Assembly: GCA_977017645.1 (NCBI GenBank)
Contig: OZ360222.1
Span: forward strand, 81,530,001-81,594,000
DNA: 64,000 bases
Source: Torpedo marmorata
Taxonomy: Eukaryota
Direction: 5' to 3'
Part shown: piece by piece, positions 38,600-50,600 of the stretch
Position numbering within the stretch: position 1 is the first letter of the stretch
How the letters are laid out: every line of letters starts with the position of its first letter
Notes under the pieces: model-generated
The model's database searches: none
Told to the model about the DNA's origin: nothing
Seen by the model: the letters and a program-made list of their open reading frames with translations, nothing else
Made by a program: the position numbers and the translations under genes

Positions 38600-39256
38600 C
38601 ACTAAGTGCTAATGACATGAAATTTGGTGGCTTTGTGGGTAGCAAGGGAGATTGCCGTAGGGTCAAGCAGAATATCAATCAGATGGAAAGTTGGGCAGAA
38701 TGTCGGCAGATGGAATTTAATCCTGACAGGTGTAAGATGATACATTTTGGGGAGTCAAATATGGTAAATCTTCATTTGCCGAGGAATGCTGATGAAGAGA
38801 GGGTATTTAGGGTTCAGATCCATAGTTACATATTAATTTGAAAAAAAAAAAGAAGAATTATGCGTGTGAATTAGGGAAAAATTAGATTGTTGTGGAGAAG
38901 GTTTCCATAGATCAGCACAACATCGTGGGCTGAAGGGCCTGTACTGTGCTGTAATGTTCTATGTTCCCTGAAAGTGGCAGCACACATGAATAGGGTGGTG
39001 AAGAAGCACATGGCTGTTTGCCTTCATAGCTTGGGGCATAGACTATAAAAGTTGGGATGTTATGTTACAGCTTTACTAAATACTGATAAGAGGAGATGGT
39101 GCAGTCAGATACAATGATTGTGTTTAGAAAGGCAATTAAATAGGGTGGGCATAGAAGGATGCAGAATTAATACAGGCAAATCATTTGGGTAGATGCACAA
39201 AAAAGTCGGCATGGAAGTGGTGGACCAAGTCTCTGTGCTGATCAACTCTATGACTA
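38600..39256 (+). mobile_element. Decayed CR1 fragments (with a second CR1 tail nested at ~38900-38966)
   Basis: ORF 38587 reads ANDMKFGG...WAECRQMEFNPDRCKMIHFG; tail gggctgaagggcctgtactgtgctgtaatgttctatgttc. Confidence 0.7.
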
Positions 39257-39502
39257 TGATACTATAAACTTCTGTAGAGCCAGAAGGATTATCTTAGGTT
39301 CAGACAATTACTGCAAGTTATGCATCAGAGCCTGCCAGGGCCTTACCAGCATGCTTCATTGGGATGCCTTATTGATGTCCCTGGGTTTGCTAGTTAATCC
39401 AAATGAATCCAAGACCTAGTTCCAATTGGATGTCAAAATGGCATCTTCAGGCATGTGTTCAGATTGTACGAGATGAATTTCTGCTCCTTACAGGTACTGA
39501 GT

Positions 39503-39761
39503 ACATACATAGACATAGACATACAGCACGATAACAGGGCATTTCGGCCCACGAGTCCGTGCCACCCAATTTACACCCAATTAACCTACACCCCCGGTAC
39601 GTTTTGAACGGTGGGAGGAAACCGAAGTCCCCGGGGAAAACCCACGCAGACACGGGAAGAACATACAAACTCCTTACAGACAGCGCGGGATTTGAATCCC
39701 GGTCCCGATCGCTGGCGCTGTAAAAGCGTTGCGCTAACCGCTACGCCAACCGTGCTGCCCC
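39503..39761 (-). mobile_element. V-SINE
   Basis: Full-length reverse copy with an (atgtct)n tail. Confidence 0.9.
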
Positions 39762-40475
39762 ATCGCATTCGACTGTTATGCATGTAAATGGATTAAGTTG
39801 AATTACCCCAAACCAATATATATGACAAATAACTTGAAATTTTATTTTTTAGTTGGAGGATAAATAGTGTCTGGGGCTTAAAAAAAGAAGCTTTCCCATA
39901 GTACATTGGAAAATTGAATGGAAATATGATAAAGTTAAATTGTGTGTCTTTTGTCTCTATTTAATATTTTTGTTTAAATTGTGATTACATATGATGTCAT
40001 CACAAGAGCTGGATTTGAGACATTGTTGAGCCCATAAAGGAATTCATTTATCACTGCTTCATAAAGCATTTTACCCTGGGTACTTCAGTTATCATACAAT
40101 TTTAATTTTACATTTTTAATTTGCTTCATTTGTACTGCCAAATGCAATCATTCTTCCTTACCAGTTTGTCCCCAATGATAACTGCGCACAAAGTTTGAGT
40201 AGGACTTTTCAAAAATTGTGGAAGGATGTTATCAGTACTTTTTATTTGAAAATCTGTCTGAAAAGCAATATTTCCACCTTTAAAAAGTCATAATAATCAG
40301 ATGCTAGAAGGCATATTGGCCAAGAAATTGGATCTATTACTTCCTATTTTCATGCATAAATCATACATAGAAGTGATTTGGCTCAACTAAAATCATGCTA
40401 GCAATCATTCACACGTGAAATCATATCCATTCAGAAATTGGCCATTGCATCTTCAAATATTCACACGGAGTGGAT

Positions 40476-41844
40476 AAAAGGGCATCAATCATTCCGGTAC
40501 CCAAGAAGAGTAGTGTGGACTGCCTCAACGACTACCGCCCAGTAGCACTAACTTCTACTGTGATGAAATGCTTTGAGAGGCTGGTCATGGCCAGAATTAA
40601 CACATACCTAATCAACGATCTGGACCCACTGCAATTCGCCTATCGTCACAATCGCTCCACAGCAGATGCAATATCGCTGGCTCTCTACTCAGCTCTGGAT
40701 CACCTCGAAAACAGCAATTCATACATATGGCTGCTCTTCATCGACTACAGCTCGGCCTTCAATACCATTATTCCCTCAGTGCAGGTCAAGAAGCTACAAA
40801 CTCTAGGAGTCTGTACCCCCCTCTGCAACTGGATCCTTGACTTTCTCATCGGAAGACCACAGTCAGTACGAATTGGAAACAACGTCTCCTCCTCACTGAT
40901 TATCAACACAGGCGCACCCCAAGGATGCGTGCTTAGTCCACTGCTCTACTCGTTATACACTCATGACTGTGTGGCCAGGCACAATTCCAATGTCATCTAC
41001 AAATTTGCCGATGACACCACAGTTGTCGGCAGAATCACAAACGGCAATGAGGAAGCGTACAGGAGGGAGATAGATCAGCTTGTTGAATGGTGTAACGACA
41101 ACAACCTTGAGCTCAACGTCAGCAAAACCAAGGAGATGATTGTGGGCTTTAGGAGGAAGTCAGAGGCACACGACCCAGTCCTTATCGAGGGCTCAGTAGT
41201 GGAGAGGGTCAAGAACTTCAAATTCCTGGGTGTCAACATCTCCGAGGATCTGTCCTGGAGCCTCCACGTTGATGCAATCACAAAGAAGGCTCGTCAGCGG
41301 CTATACTTTGTGATGTGTCTGGGGAGGTTCGGTATGTTACCGAAGACTCTCGTAAACTTCTACAGGTGTACCGTGGAGAGCATTCTGGCTGGTTGTATCA
41401 CTGCCTGGTATGGAGGCGCCAACTCTCAGGACAAGAGTAAACTCCAGAGGGTTGTTAACTCGGCCTGTGACATCACAGGCACCAAACCTCACTCCATCAA
41501 GGACATCTACATGAGGCGGTGTCTTAAAGAAGCAGCCTCTATCCTCAAAGTCCCCCACCACCCAAGTCATGCCCTCTTCACTCTGCTACCATCGGGGAAA
41601 AGGTACAGGAGCCTAAAGACAAGCACTCAATGGCACAAGGACAGCTTCTTCCCCGCTGCCATCAGATTCCTGAATAATCAATGAACCAGACACTGCCTTA
41701 CTTTTCGTGCATTATTATTTATAATTTTTTATAGTAATGTCGTAAGATGGTTATAATATGAATGTTAATTGCACTGTGATGCTGCCGCAAAACACCGAAT
41801 TTCATGACTTGTTCATGACAATAAATTCTGATTCTGATTCTGAT
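40476..41844 (+). mobile_element. Rex1/Babar LINE, 5'-truncated, RT frame uninterrupted (~400 aa)
   Basis: ORF 40470-41684 has all the RT motifs ([16 protein letters not shown]); (TTCTGA)n tail. Confidence 0.95.
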
Positions 41845-42243
41845 CTCCAATATGATGTCAAGACTCTGATGTCTTGCACTCTGCTTCTGCCAGCCTGAGT
41901 TTTAAGTACTCAAGATATTTGTTACTTTACTGATGATTATAAATGTAGAAATTAGGATCAGGGGTAGGTCTTTCATCATTCAATAATGATTATGTTTAAA
42001 CATCCTCTTCCGTATCCTGTGTCCTCTCCAAACCCCTTGATTCCTTAATTTAAGTAATACATCTATCTCCTTATTGAGTATATATAATGACGGGGTCCAC
42101 TGCCTTCTACAGTAAATAATTATACCACTGATTGTAGCCTTCCTATACTGTACAGATCAGTTATATTCTGTTAGAACTACATTATTGATCATGCTTCACT
42201 CCACATTTTCAATATTTTCTCCTGCAAGTACTTTTTCATTTCT

Positions 42244-42512
42244 AAATTTTTAAAAAAATTTATATTTTAGACATACCGCATGGTAAACAGGCCATTTCGG
42301 CTCACAAGCCCGTGCTGCCCAATTACACCCAATTGACCTACAACCCCCAGAACGGTTTGGACGGTGGGAGGAAACCGGAGCACCCGAAGGAAACCCATGC
42401 AGACACGGGGAGAGCATACAAACTCCTTACAGACAGCGCGGGATTTTACCCCAGTCCTGATCGCTGGCGCTGTAACAGCATTGCGTTAACTGCTACGCTA
42501 ACTGTGCCACCC
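42244..42512 (-). mobile_element. V-SINE
   Basis: Full-length reverse copy. Confidence 0.88.
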
Positions 42513-42807
42513 AATTTTATTTTCTCAGTAAGGAAAAAGGGTGGAACAATTAATGAGGATGCTAAACAAAACCAGGACCTATCCGATGAAATTACATGTT
42601 CTACAGGATTAATGGAGAAATTTGCTCAAATTTATGCTTGCTGTTGCTCATGAACCCTAATAGGCAGTGAAACTTTAAAAACGGATCACCAGTGGACTTT
42701 GTCATTGCACATTTGTCTATGCACCAACCACAGTCGTTACTGGAGCTGATGTTAGATGCCAGCAGTGCAAAACCAAAGCAGTACTGAGCATTAGTTAATT
42801 AAGATAA

Positions 42808-43611
42808 CATTGGACAACAAAGCCTTTGCTTCCTGAACACTTCTGGGTGTGTTTTCTGTATTTTCAACTGCTGATCATGAAAATCACCTTTTTCCTATCA
42901 CATTTTCCTATTACATACTGTTTTTTAGATATAATCTATTTTTGTGATTTCCTGTCATATTTTAAGTCTACTAGTATATTGCCCACAAAGCAAGCTGTTT
43001 TGGTCAGTCCAAGTGCAGTTACTATGCAAATGTTGTCTTAGGCCTGGGCATGCTTAGTCAGGATAGATGCAGACAGACTATAAAAGCAGCTCACATATGC
43101 AGATGCTGTGCAATTACATTGAGTTGGATTGAACACATGTTGATGCATATGTTCTTCAGGCAATAGCATAGTGAGTGTACTTAACAATAGCATTTATTGT
43201 CTTCAGGAAGATTCAATACGGCAGAAATGTCTCGACAATGTCGCAACAACTGCGAACATTCTGTTACATTTGTGGCGAGTATACGCTTAAGGCTCAAAGA
43301 AACAGCATGCTTCCTACACTTACTAAGAAAGCCTGTGAGCTCTAATTCAGTTGTAAAATTGGTGACCAAGACAAACCCTGGGCTCCTCACATTTGTTGTG
43401 CAACATGTGCAGCCAACCTGAGAGCTTGGCTCAGAGTTACATTATGCGATTAAACATGCTAAATTCAATAAAAGTTAATTTAATGTTTCTTCAACTTCCT
43501 ACGTGATACAGCAAATCTGAAATTATCTTTGTGTTTAGCTTGAAGTTGTCTATCATAGTCCCCAATTTTTTTTCAGGATGCAAACCTTTTGAAAAAAATT
43601 ATTGTCCAGTG
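42808..43611 (+). mobile_element. Chapaev3-type (CMC superfamily) deletion derivative retaining the transposase N-terminus
   Basis: TAA|CATTGGACAA...TTGTCCAGTG|TAA. Frameshifted peptide MSRQCRNN..FCYICGEYTLKAQR...KIGDQDKPWAPHICCATCAANLRAWL from 43228. Confidence 0.8.
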
Positions 43612-43977
43612 TAATCAGAGCACTGCAGCTTCTTATTCACAGTAGAATTGAGGCATAAAATATATATTATAATATTTACTCTTTCATCTAGTTTCATCAA
43701 ATGCCAAACTTTTTGAAGCATTGTTACAGAGTGGTAACTGCAGAAGCAGTTGCCACATCACAGTGGTTGCTTCTAAGGATTACAGTTCCTGAAAACCTGT
43801 TTTCATCTCTGCCATCCATGCCAATAGTCCTATGATTTTTCCTTCCTCGGGAAGAGAAATGTGCTCTGCCTTTCTTTCAGATATTCATTGCATTCTCACA
43901 GTAAATAGGAAGAATGGTTCAATTGAATTAATATTTTGGTACATTAAATCTGAAATCTCAGTGTTGTGTATTTACTG

Positions 43978-44128
43978 TTTTTTAAATTAAATTTTTTAAA
44001 TTTTAAATTAAATTTTAAATTTTAAATTTTTAAAATTTAGACATACAGCACGGTAACAGGCCATTTCAGGCCATGAGTCCGTGCCGCCCAATTTACACCC
44101 AATTAACCTACACCCCCGGTACGTTTTG
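43978..44128 (-). mobile_element. V-SINE 3' fragment with a long (AAATTT)n tail
   Basis: tagacatacagcacggtaacaggccatttc...cccccggtacgttttga. Confidence 0.85.
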
Positions 44129-45288
44129 ATTTCCTCTCACTTCTTACTATGAAATTTAAGAGTTGTGTTTTACTGTAACTTTTCACTGAAGTTTTTCTTC
44201 TGCTTTGCAGCTATTTTTTATTATTCAGTTTCAGCTAAACTCGAGAATTAAAAATAATCACTGCCTTTACCCAAATAAAAGTTAGAAATTTATAAGTGTC
44301 TCAGATATTTATATATGCACGTATACATAAAGTCAAAGAGTTAAATAAATTTTCTGAATCAAGGAAATAGCTGTGCTGTGGAAGACTGTTATGCCAGAAG
44401 TTCGTCACATAAATTCTTGTTGGCATTGGGTCATGTTTTTAGAACTGTCAGAAATCCAAGTTCCTTTACCTTTCTTTCCCAAATTACAAGGGAAGTTAAA
44501 GGAGCTTGGATTTCTGACCGTGTTAAATTACATTGAATAAAAATGTAATATTGTCTCTTAACCTGAACAAATAAGCTTCCACAATTTTTTTATATCTATG
44601 TTCTCTTCACTTGAAAGCATTGTTTTTCAGATGTTTTTCCAGAATGTCAAAGTCAATTTAATGCGTTTCACTATGCTGAATAAATCAGAACCGAAATCCT
44701 TGCTAAAAGTGAAAATTTGATTTGCTAAAAGGAGCTTAGGGCAACTATTAATCAATACATCCAGAGTGTCAGTGCTGAAGCCCTGATGGACAGTGATGCA
44801 TTTGGAGATTGGTTGAAGCAGATGGAGGCTTGCTGGAGAGGGTTGTGGCTGCTGGGGTGTTCCTGGTAGTCACATTCAATTCCACAGAGAGCTTGTCATC
44901 ACCTGAGCTGAAACAAACCTTTCTAAATCAGCTGCTCATCAATTTAAGCAGCTCAATCTCTTTAGCAAGTGTTCTAAATATTGCTACTCTGTTTATTATA
45001 CTGAATTCTCACTTGTTCCATTCACTCAAAGTGCACTTATTCTCACTGCCTACTTTCCTCTCTTCCTCAACAACTTTGCCCTTTATTATGCCAGCAGGAA
45101 GTTCAACTTGACTCTGAACTGTCTGATTTTTGACAATCAGACAATGTATAAAAATAAACATTGCAGAAGTAACATAGTGACTGAGAAGCTATCAACAACA
45201 GGTCATTTTCTTCAAAAACTAATTTAATAGTGCGGTATTGCCACCACACAGAGACTTGAAGAGAAAGAGCAAGTTTGCTTTTCATTTA

Positions 45289-45617
45289 TGACTTTTACAC
45301 AGCCGCTGCGTAACGGGAAATTCTCGCAAATTTCCCGCAACGCTGGCTGTGTAAGAAGGTCGTGACGGAAATTAGTAACTAATTTCCATCCCGACATTTT
45401 TCCTGCAGCAGCCCTAGACATTTTTGCGGACTGCCTGCAGTCTAAACTGAACTGCAGGCGGTCCGCAACAATGGGCTAATGAATACGATGTCGACCCTCC
45501 GAAATCACTGCAACGCAGGAAGTTAGTGTAAACGTCCTTCCTGTGTGAACGGCCACTCCGGAGGGTAAGTATGCAAATTGATGACGGGAAATTCTTGGTA
45601 CTTATGTCTAAAAGCCA
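45289..45617. mobile_element. Harbinger-like MITE with internal hairpins
   Basis: TTA|TGACTTTTACACA...TGTCTAAAAGCCA|TAA (11/13 TIR, TWA flanks); CpG-rich relative to its surroundings. Confidence 0.65.
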
Positions 45618-48600
45618 TAATTGGGTCACAAAAAAATGACAGGATACCTTTTTACAGACCACCAGAATCTCTGTGCACAGTTATAATTTCTTCTGCCCAT
45701 TTTCTCCCCAAACGCTCCATTGTTATTCCATGTTCCACAGCTGCTTTTGCCTGCAGAATTGTTCATTGATTTATTTCTTTTAATTCCCCTCCCCCTCTTC
45801 ACTGTTCTGCCGACTTAAAAAATCCTTCTCTGCAAATAAACATAAAACTTTAAATTGTTACAATTCACAACAACTGTCATCAGATAAATTTTTCCCAGCA
45901 AGTTCTTTGTTTTTCAAATCTGTGAAACCTGTGCAGGAAACTGTAAAATTAACCATTCAAATAATGCCACCATTAACTGTATAATGAGGAAGCAAACAAT
46001 TCTCGTTTAAAATGTAATGCTCAGTAAACTGGTAACAGCAGGTTGTTTTCTATTATAACATTTATAATCAACTTAGTCCCAGTCTTGTGAACAAGGCTTT
46101 TGGATCTTGGAGTTTTTGAATAGGGAAAGGAGGTCATTAAAATGATGAAATAACTCATTGCCTCAATGTGCAAGGTATGCTCATCGTGCAGAAGCATGCG
46201 GGTTTGTTCATTCTCCCAAGCAGGGAATTCCTCTTCTCAGAAGGAAGGTTGCAAGTTAAATGCCAAGTTCATTTTCAAAGGGAACAAGGGAAAACCACAG
46301 CTCACGTTTTGACCATGTTCATTTCAGGAGAGCAGAGGGGCTAGGGGTTAATTCATACCTGTGAGTTCAAGTACATGACCTGGTTACCTAAACAGCATAA
46401 GTGTTAATACCCGTGTATTTTTAAAACACGGCTTTTCATTGCTAAGGTGGATCTGCACCTGCTTAACCTTCATGAAAAGGATTAATTACCAGCACAGAAC
46501 AATGTTAAAATGAGTCAGCACATTTCTGGCAAGGTTGACCTGGCTGGAGAGAGCCTGGTAAATGAGGATAGCAGGGTGTTAATAGCAGGCTTGGCTTTAC
46601 TATTAGACGGAGTCAGCAGTTTTAAACCTACTATAATTCCCCTGTAAGAACCAGATCATTTGCAAAGTTCGAATAGTCCAGGCCATTTTCTAGCTGCTCC
46701 TTCAAATGACAACATGAAAATTAATTGAAGCTGACATATCCAGCTACCAATTCCATTGGATATTACGAGTTACACAAATATAGAGATGTACTTTTGGTAT
46801 TTGTGTATTTAGTGGGGTAAGAGAGGTTCAAATATTTTTAAAATAAAAATATTATGATCCAAAGTATCTTAAACTATTAGTAGCAATTAATTTGTTAGTT
46901 CTATATACATATAATCTCCTTATAGCACATTTACTGGGAGCAAAGTATTTCTATAGTGAATACAATGGCAAAACGCCATTATTTCCATTATTTCTAATAA
47001 TAAATGTGACAGATTATGAAACATAAGTTTAAGTTTATTTCATTGATTTTAACTTAATCTTAAAACTTAAACATGTTGAATAATTTGACATGTATTATTA
47101 AAATGTTGGGCTTTTGCCACTTTATTCACTATGGAAATGCTTTGCTCCTGGTGAATGTGATGTGCATGAAGAACTAACAAATTTGTTGCTACAAATGGTT
47201 CAATATTTCCAGATTGGCTCATTGAGTAAGAGAGAACACATTTGTCAGTATGACTTGAGTACAATATCTAGGCAAATGCTTCATCCTGTACTGAGAAAGA
47301 GCTACATTGTTGGATGTGCCATCTTCTTTGATTACCAATGTGCCTGATCAGCCAGGTGTAAATGAACCAATGGCATTTTTCACTGAAGTGCAGCAGTTTT
47401 CTCACACAGGCCAATACAATATTTCTTGCCCATCAACACCAAAACAGATTACGCATAGTTGTATATTGGCATTTGTGCACTCCCAGCAATAATTTACTGA
47501 TATCCTTGAAAAGGATACTCTGTTTGTAATAAGAGTCCCTTTCTATTCAGTTTCCCTTCAACTCGCGTAGTCTTTCCACAGCTACGTTGCCCCAGGATCC
47601 CGGATGCATGTTGCTGGTTGTATCACAAAGCTAACCTCTACAATGATGTGCATCTAATCTGACTCTATTTGACTCAGTGCTGCTGGATCCTAGTCTAAAG
47701 AAATCAAACCCTTAAATAAGGAGAATTTAATAAATTAATAAAAATACATAATTCAAATACAAACGGAACACCAAATGCTTCTGTTTGAGTGCTGACACAA
47801 ATTCTGGATATCCCAAAGGGATTTGCAGGTAATTAAAAACTTTTGTCTTTTGAATTGTTTCTGTTCTTTGTACTGTTATGATACAAGAAATGTGCCACCT
47901 AAATATACATGAACTCTTAAATATCTATGGGATAACAGCCAAAGAAGTCTATTATAGTGAAGTTGGAGATGTGATAAATATTGACCAACATAGTAGGAAG
48001 AAATGTTCAACATATTACTCAAAAAACAGTGCTGTAGGTCATGCACATCCAGCTGAGCTAAAGGGAAGGGGTCTCATTTTAATGCATTGTCCAGAAGACC
48101 CCACCTCTTACAGTGCATATATTGCACTACTTTCATAAATGTTGTACTTTGCATGTTATTTTTATAGGCTTCCAATAGACATGGCATATTTTAATGACAG
48201 GAGTTTCAGGATACACAATAATGTTAAAAGATTTTTTTCTCTGTTGATAAATGGGAGGGCAATGCAGTTAAACCCTGCAAGAAGCTAACATTACAGCATT
48301 AAAAACTGTACTGCTTAGTCTAACAGTTAATTTTAATTAAACAGTCTTGAGTACTACAAAATGAATTATTTTCTATTTATACAGTACTTTAAAAAAGTTA
48401 TCTCAAGGCATGCAATTATTATTTTTTATAGAAAATATCAATATGGACTTTAGCAGATGCAACTAATGATATACTGCCCCTTTCACACATTCAATGTTGC
48501 TTTCAGACAAGAGTGTCTTATTTATAAAAACACAGCGCTGAAATTTGTGCAGCCTAGCTAGTGATGGTGGCCTTTTATAAATGGTAACAAACACAGCTGG

Positions 48601-48945
48601 CTTTACAGTATATTGCCAAGTTAGTTAGAATCTGGCGGTTGAAAAAGTAATTTTCATTAGAGGAGCATTTTGTCTGCATAACGGCAAGAAATGCTTTCCT
48701 GAGGCTGCTTAGTCAGGGATATCAGCCTGTTGGCAGGGAGTGATTGCCAGACGAAAATCAAGGTATTATTGCACATTTTTCCCTCTTATTAGTTTGATTA
48801 CATTTGCAAATCAAATCAATCCATCAGTCGTGATCAGCTGTGTTCAGAATTCAAGGAATGGTAATCTTCTTCTAATAAGATGCAAATGTGTCACATCGGT
48901 AAGTAACCAATAAATCATTGGTGTGTCATTGGCAATCATTAAATA

Positions 48946-49077
48946 NNNNNNNNNNNNNNNNNNNNNNNNNNNNNNNNNNNNNNNNNNNNNNNNNNNNNNN
49001 NNNNNNNNNNNNNNNNNNNNNNNNNNNNNNNNNNNNNNNNNNNNNNNNNNNNNNNNNNNNNNNNNNNNNNNNNNNNN
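48946..49077. other. Assembly gap (N run)
   Basis: 132 N. Confidence 1.
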
Positions 49078-49987
49078 AACTTGGCTGTCATCACAGTACA
49101 TTATTCCTCACAGTTCATGCAAAGTTCACAGACTAGCATGAAATGGCAATTTCTTTCCCCAATAACTGTTCAAATGGGCCATCCTTTCCATCAGAGAGCA
49201 AGCAGGCTGGGCTGGCAGGCCTTGGAAATGGAATTGGATACGAGCTGTCTGAGTCCACTAAAGGAAATAGGAGCAATGCATCAGACTAAGCAGAGATTCC
49301 TGGATGAGGGCAATGAGGAACTGGCATTTCTGTCAAGAGCCCATCGACTTTGTGAAATTAAGGTTTGATAAGCAATGCTATTCTGTCCTACCCAATTTGT
49401 AAATAATTAATTATCAGTAATTATATAACAAAACTTTTGGAACAGACCTCATGTAAAATGTACATTTATAAACCAGGGTTTCATTGTAATGTTGTTGAGT
49501 GCCACTGATAAACCAAAATCTTCCACAGCAGCCAATTACCCAGTATGGGGCAGCAGACACAGGGCTAAAAATTTGTTCACACAATTGCAAACATGTTCTG
49601 ATGCTGAAAATCAGATTAAAATATAGCAGAACTATTTTATGTACATTTCTGGGTGCCATAGCACCTTCTGAAAATTCAACAACATTTTCAGCAAGTTTTT
49701 TATTCTTTCCAATTTATATTACAACAAAAATCTCCCACAAATGCATCATTTGTAGTGAAAGTCATTTAATTTAAGAAATAACATGTTTTAGTCATCATAG
49801 AACAACCAGCTTTGACTAACTGTATTTCCCCTGAGGTAGTGATATTTATAGGGCTTTCACCAGAAGCAGTGGCAGGTGTCCATGGCCCCATGCTCAAAGA
49901 ACATGCCGCCTGTGGGCACAGTTCTTCAACAACCTGTTCATATCCCTCTGATACCCTGAGAGCATTCTCCCAAAACCTTTCCCATTA

Positions 49988-50600
49988 CACTGGACAACAA
50001 TTTTTCAAAAGGTTTGCTTCCTGAAAAAACATTAGGGATTATGATAGACAACGTCAAGCTGAACACAAAGATAATTTCAGATTTGCTGTATCACGTAGGA
50101 AGTTGGAGAAACATTAAATTAACTTTTATTGAATTTAGCATGTTTAATCACATAATGATGCTGATACATTGTGTTCGTTCAACTAACCTAAAAATGTTTT
50201 GCCACTGATTTTCATTTGTGCTCAGCATCTGATACCTCTCGTGTCAGTGTCCAACAATAGTCAGCAAGCATTGATGGATTCCAGTTGCCCTGATACGCTT
50301 TTCCATGGTCGCAATGTCCTGGTGAAACCTTTCACCATGTTTGTCACTGACTGCACCAAGGTCAGCAGGGAAGAAGTCCAAGTGTGAATGCAGAAAATGA
50401 ATTTTTCAATGACATGTTGCACTTCATGGTTTTGTATGCTTGAAGTAGACTTAAGATATGACAGGAAATCACAAAAATAGGTTATATCTAAAAAACAGTA
50501 CGTGATAGAAAACTTTTAAGGTGATTTTCGTGATCAGCAGCTCAAAATCCATAAAATACACCCAAAAGTGTTCAGGAAGCAAAATCTTCATTGTCCAGTG
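49988..50600 (-). mobile_element. Chapaev3-type deletion derivative retaining the transposase C-terminus
   Basis: TTA|CACTGGACAA...TTGTCCAGTG|TTA. Both ends match 42808-43611 in reverse. The minus strand encodes a frameshifted CNMSLK-IHFLHSHLDFFPADLGAVSDKHGERFHQDIATMEK..QGNWNPSMLADYCWTL. Confidence 0.85.

Noticed and set aside
40470-41684. 404-aa ORF as a host gene
   Set aside because: It is the RT of a 5'-truncated Rex1, near-identical to the other copies; the start codon is supplied by flanking DNA.
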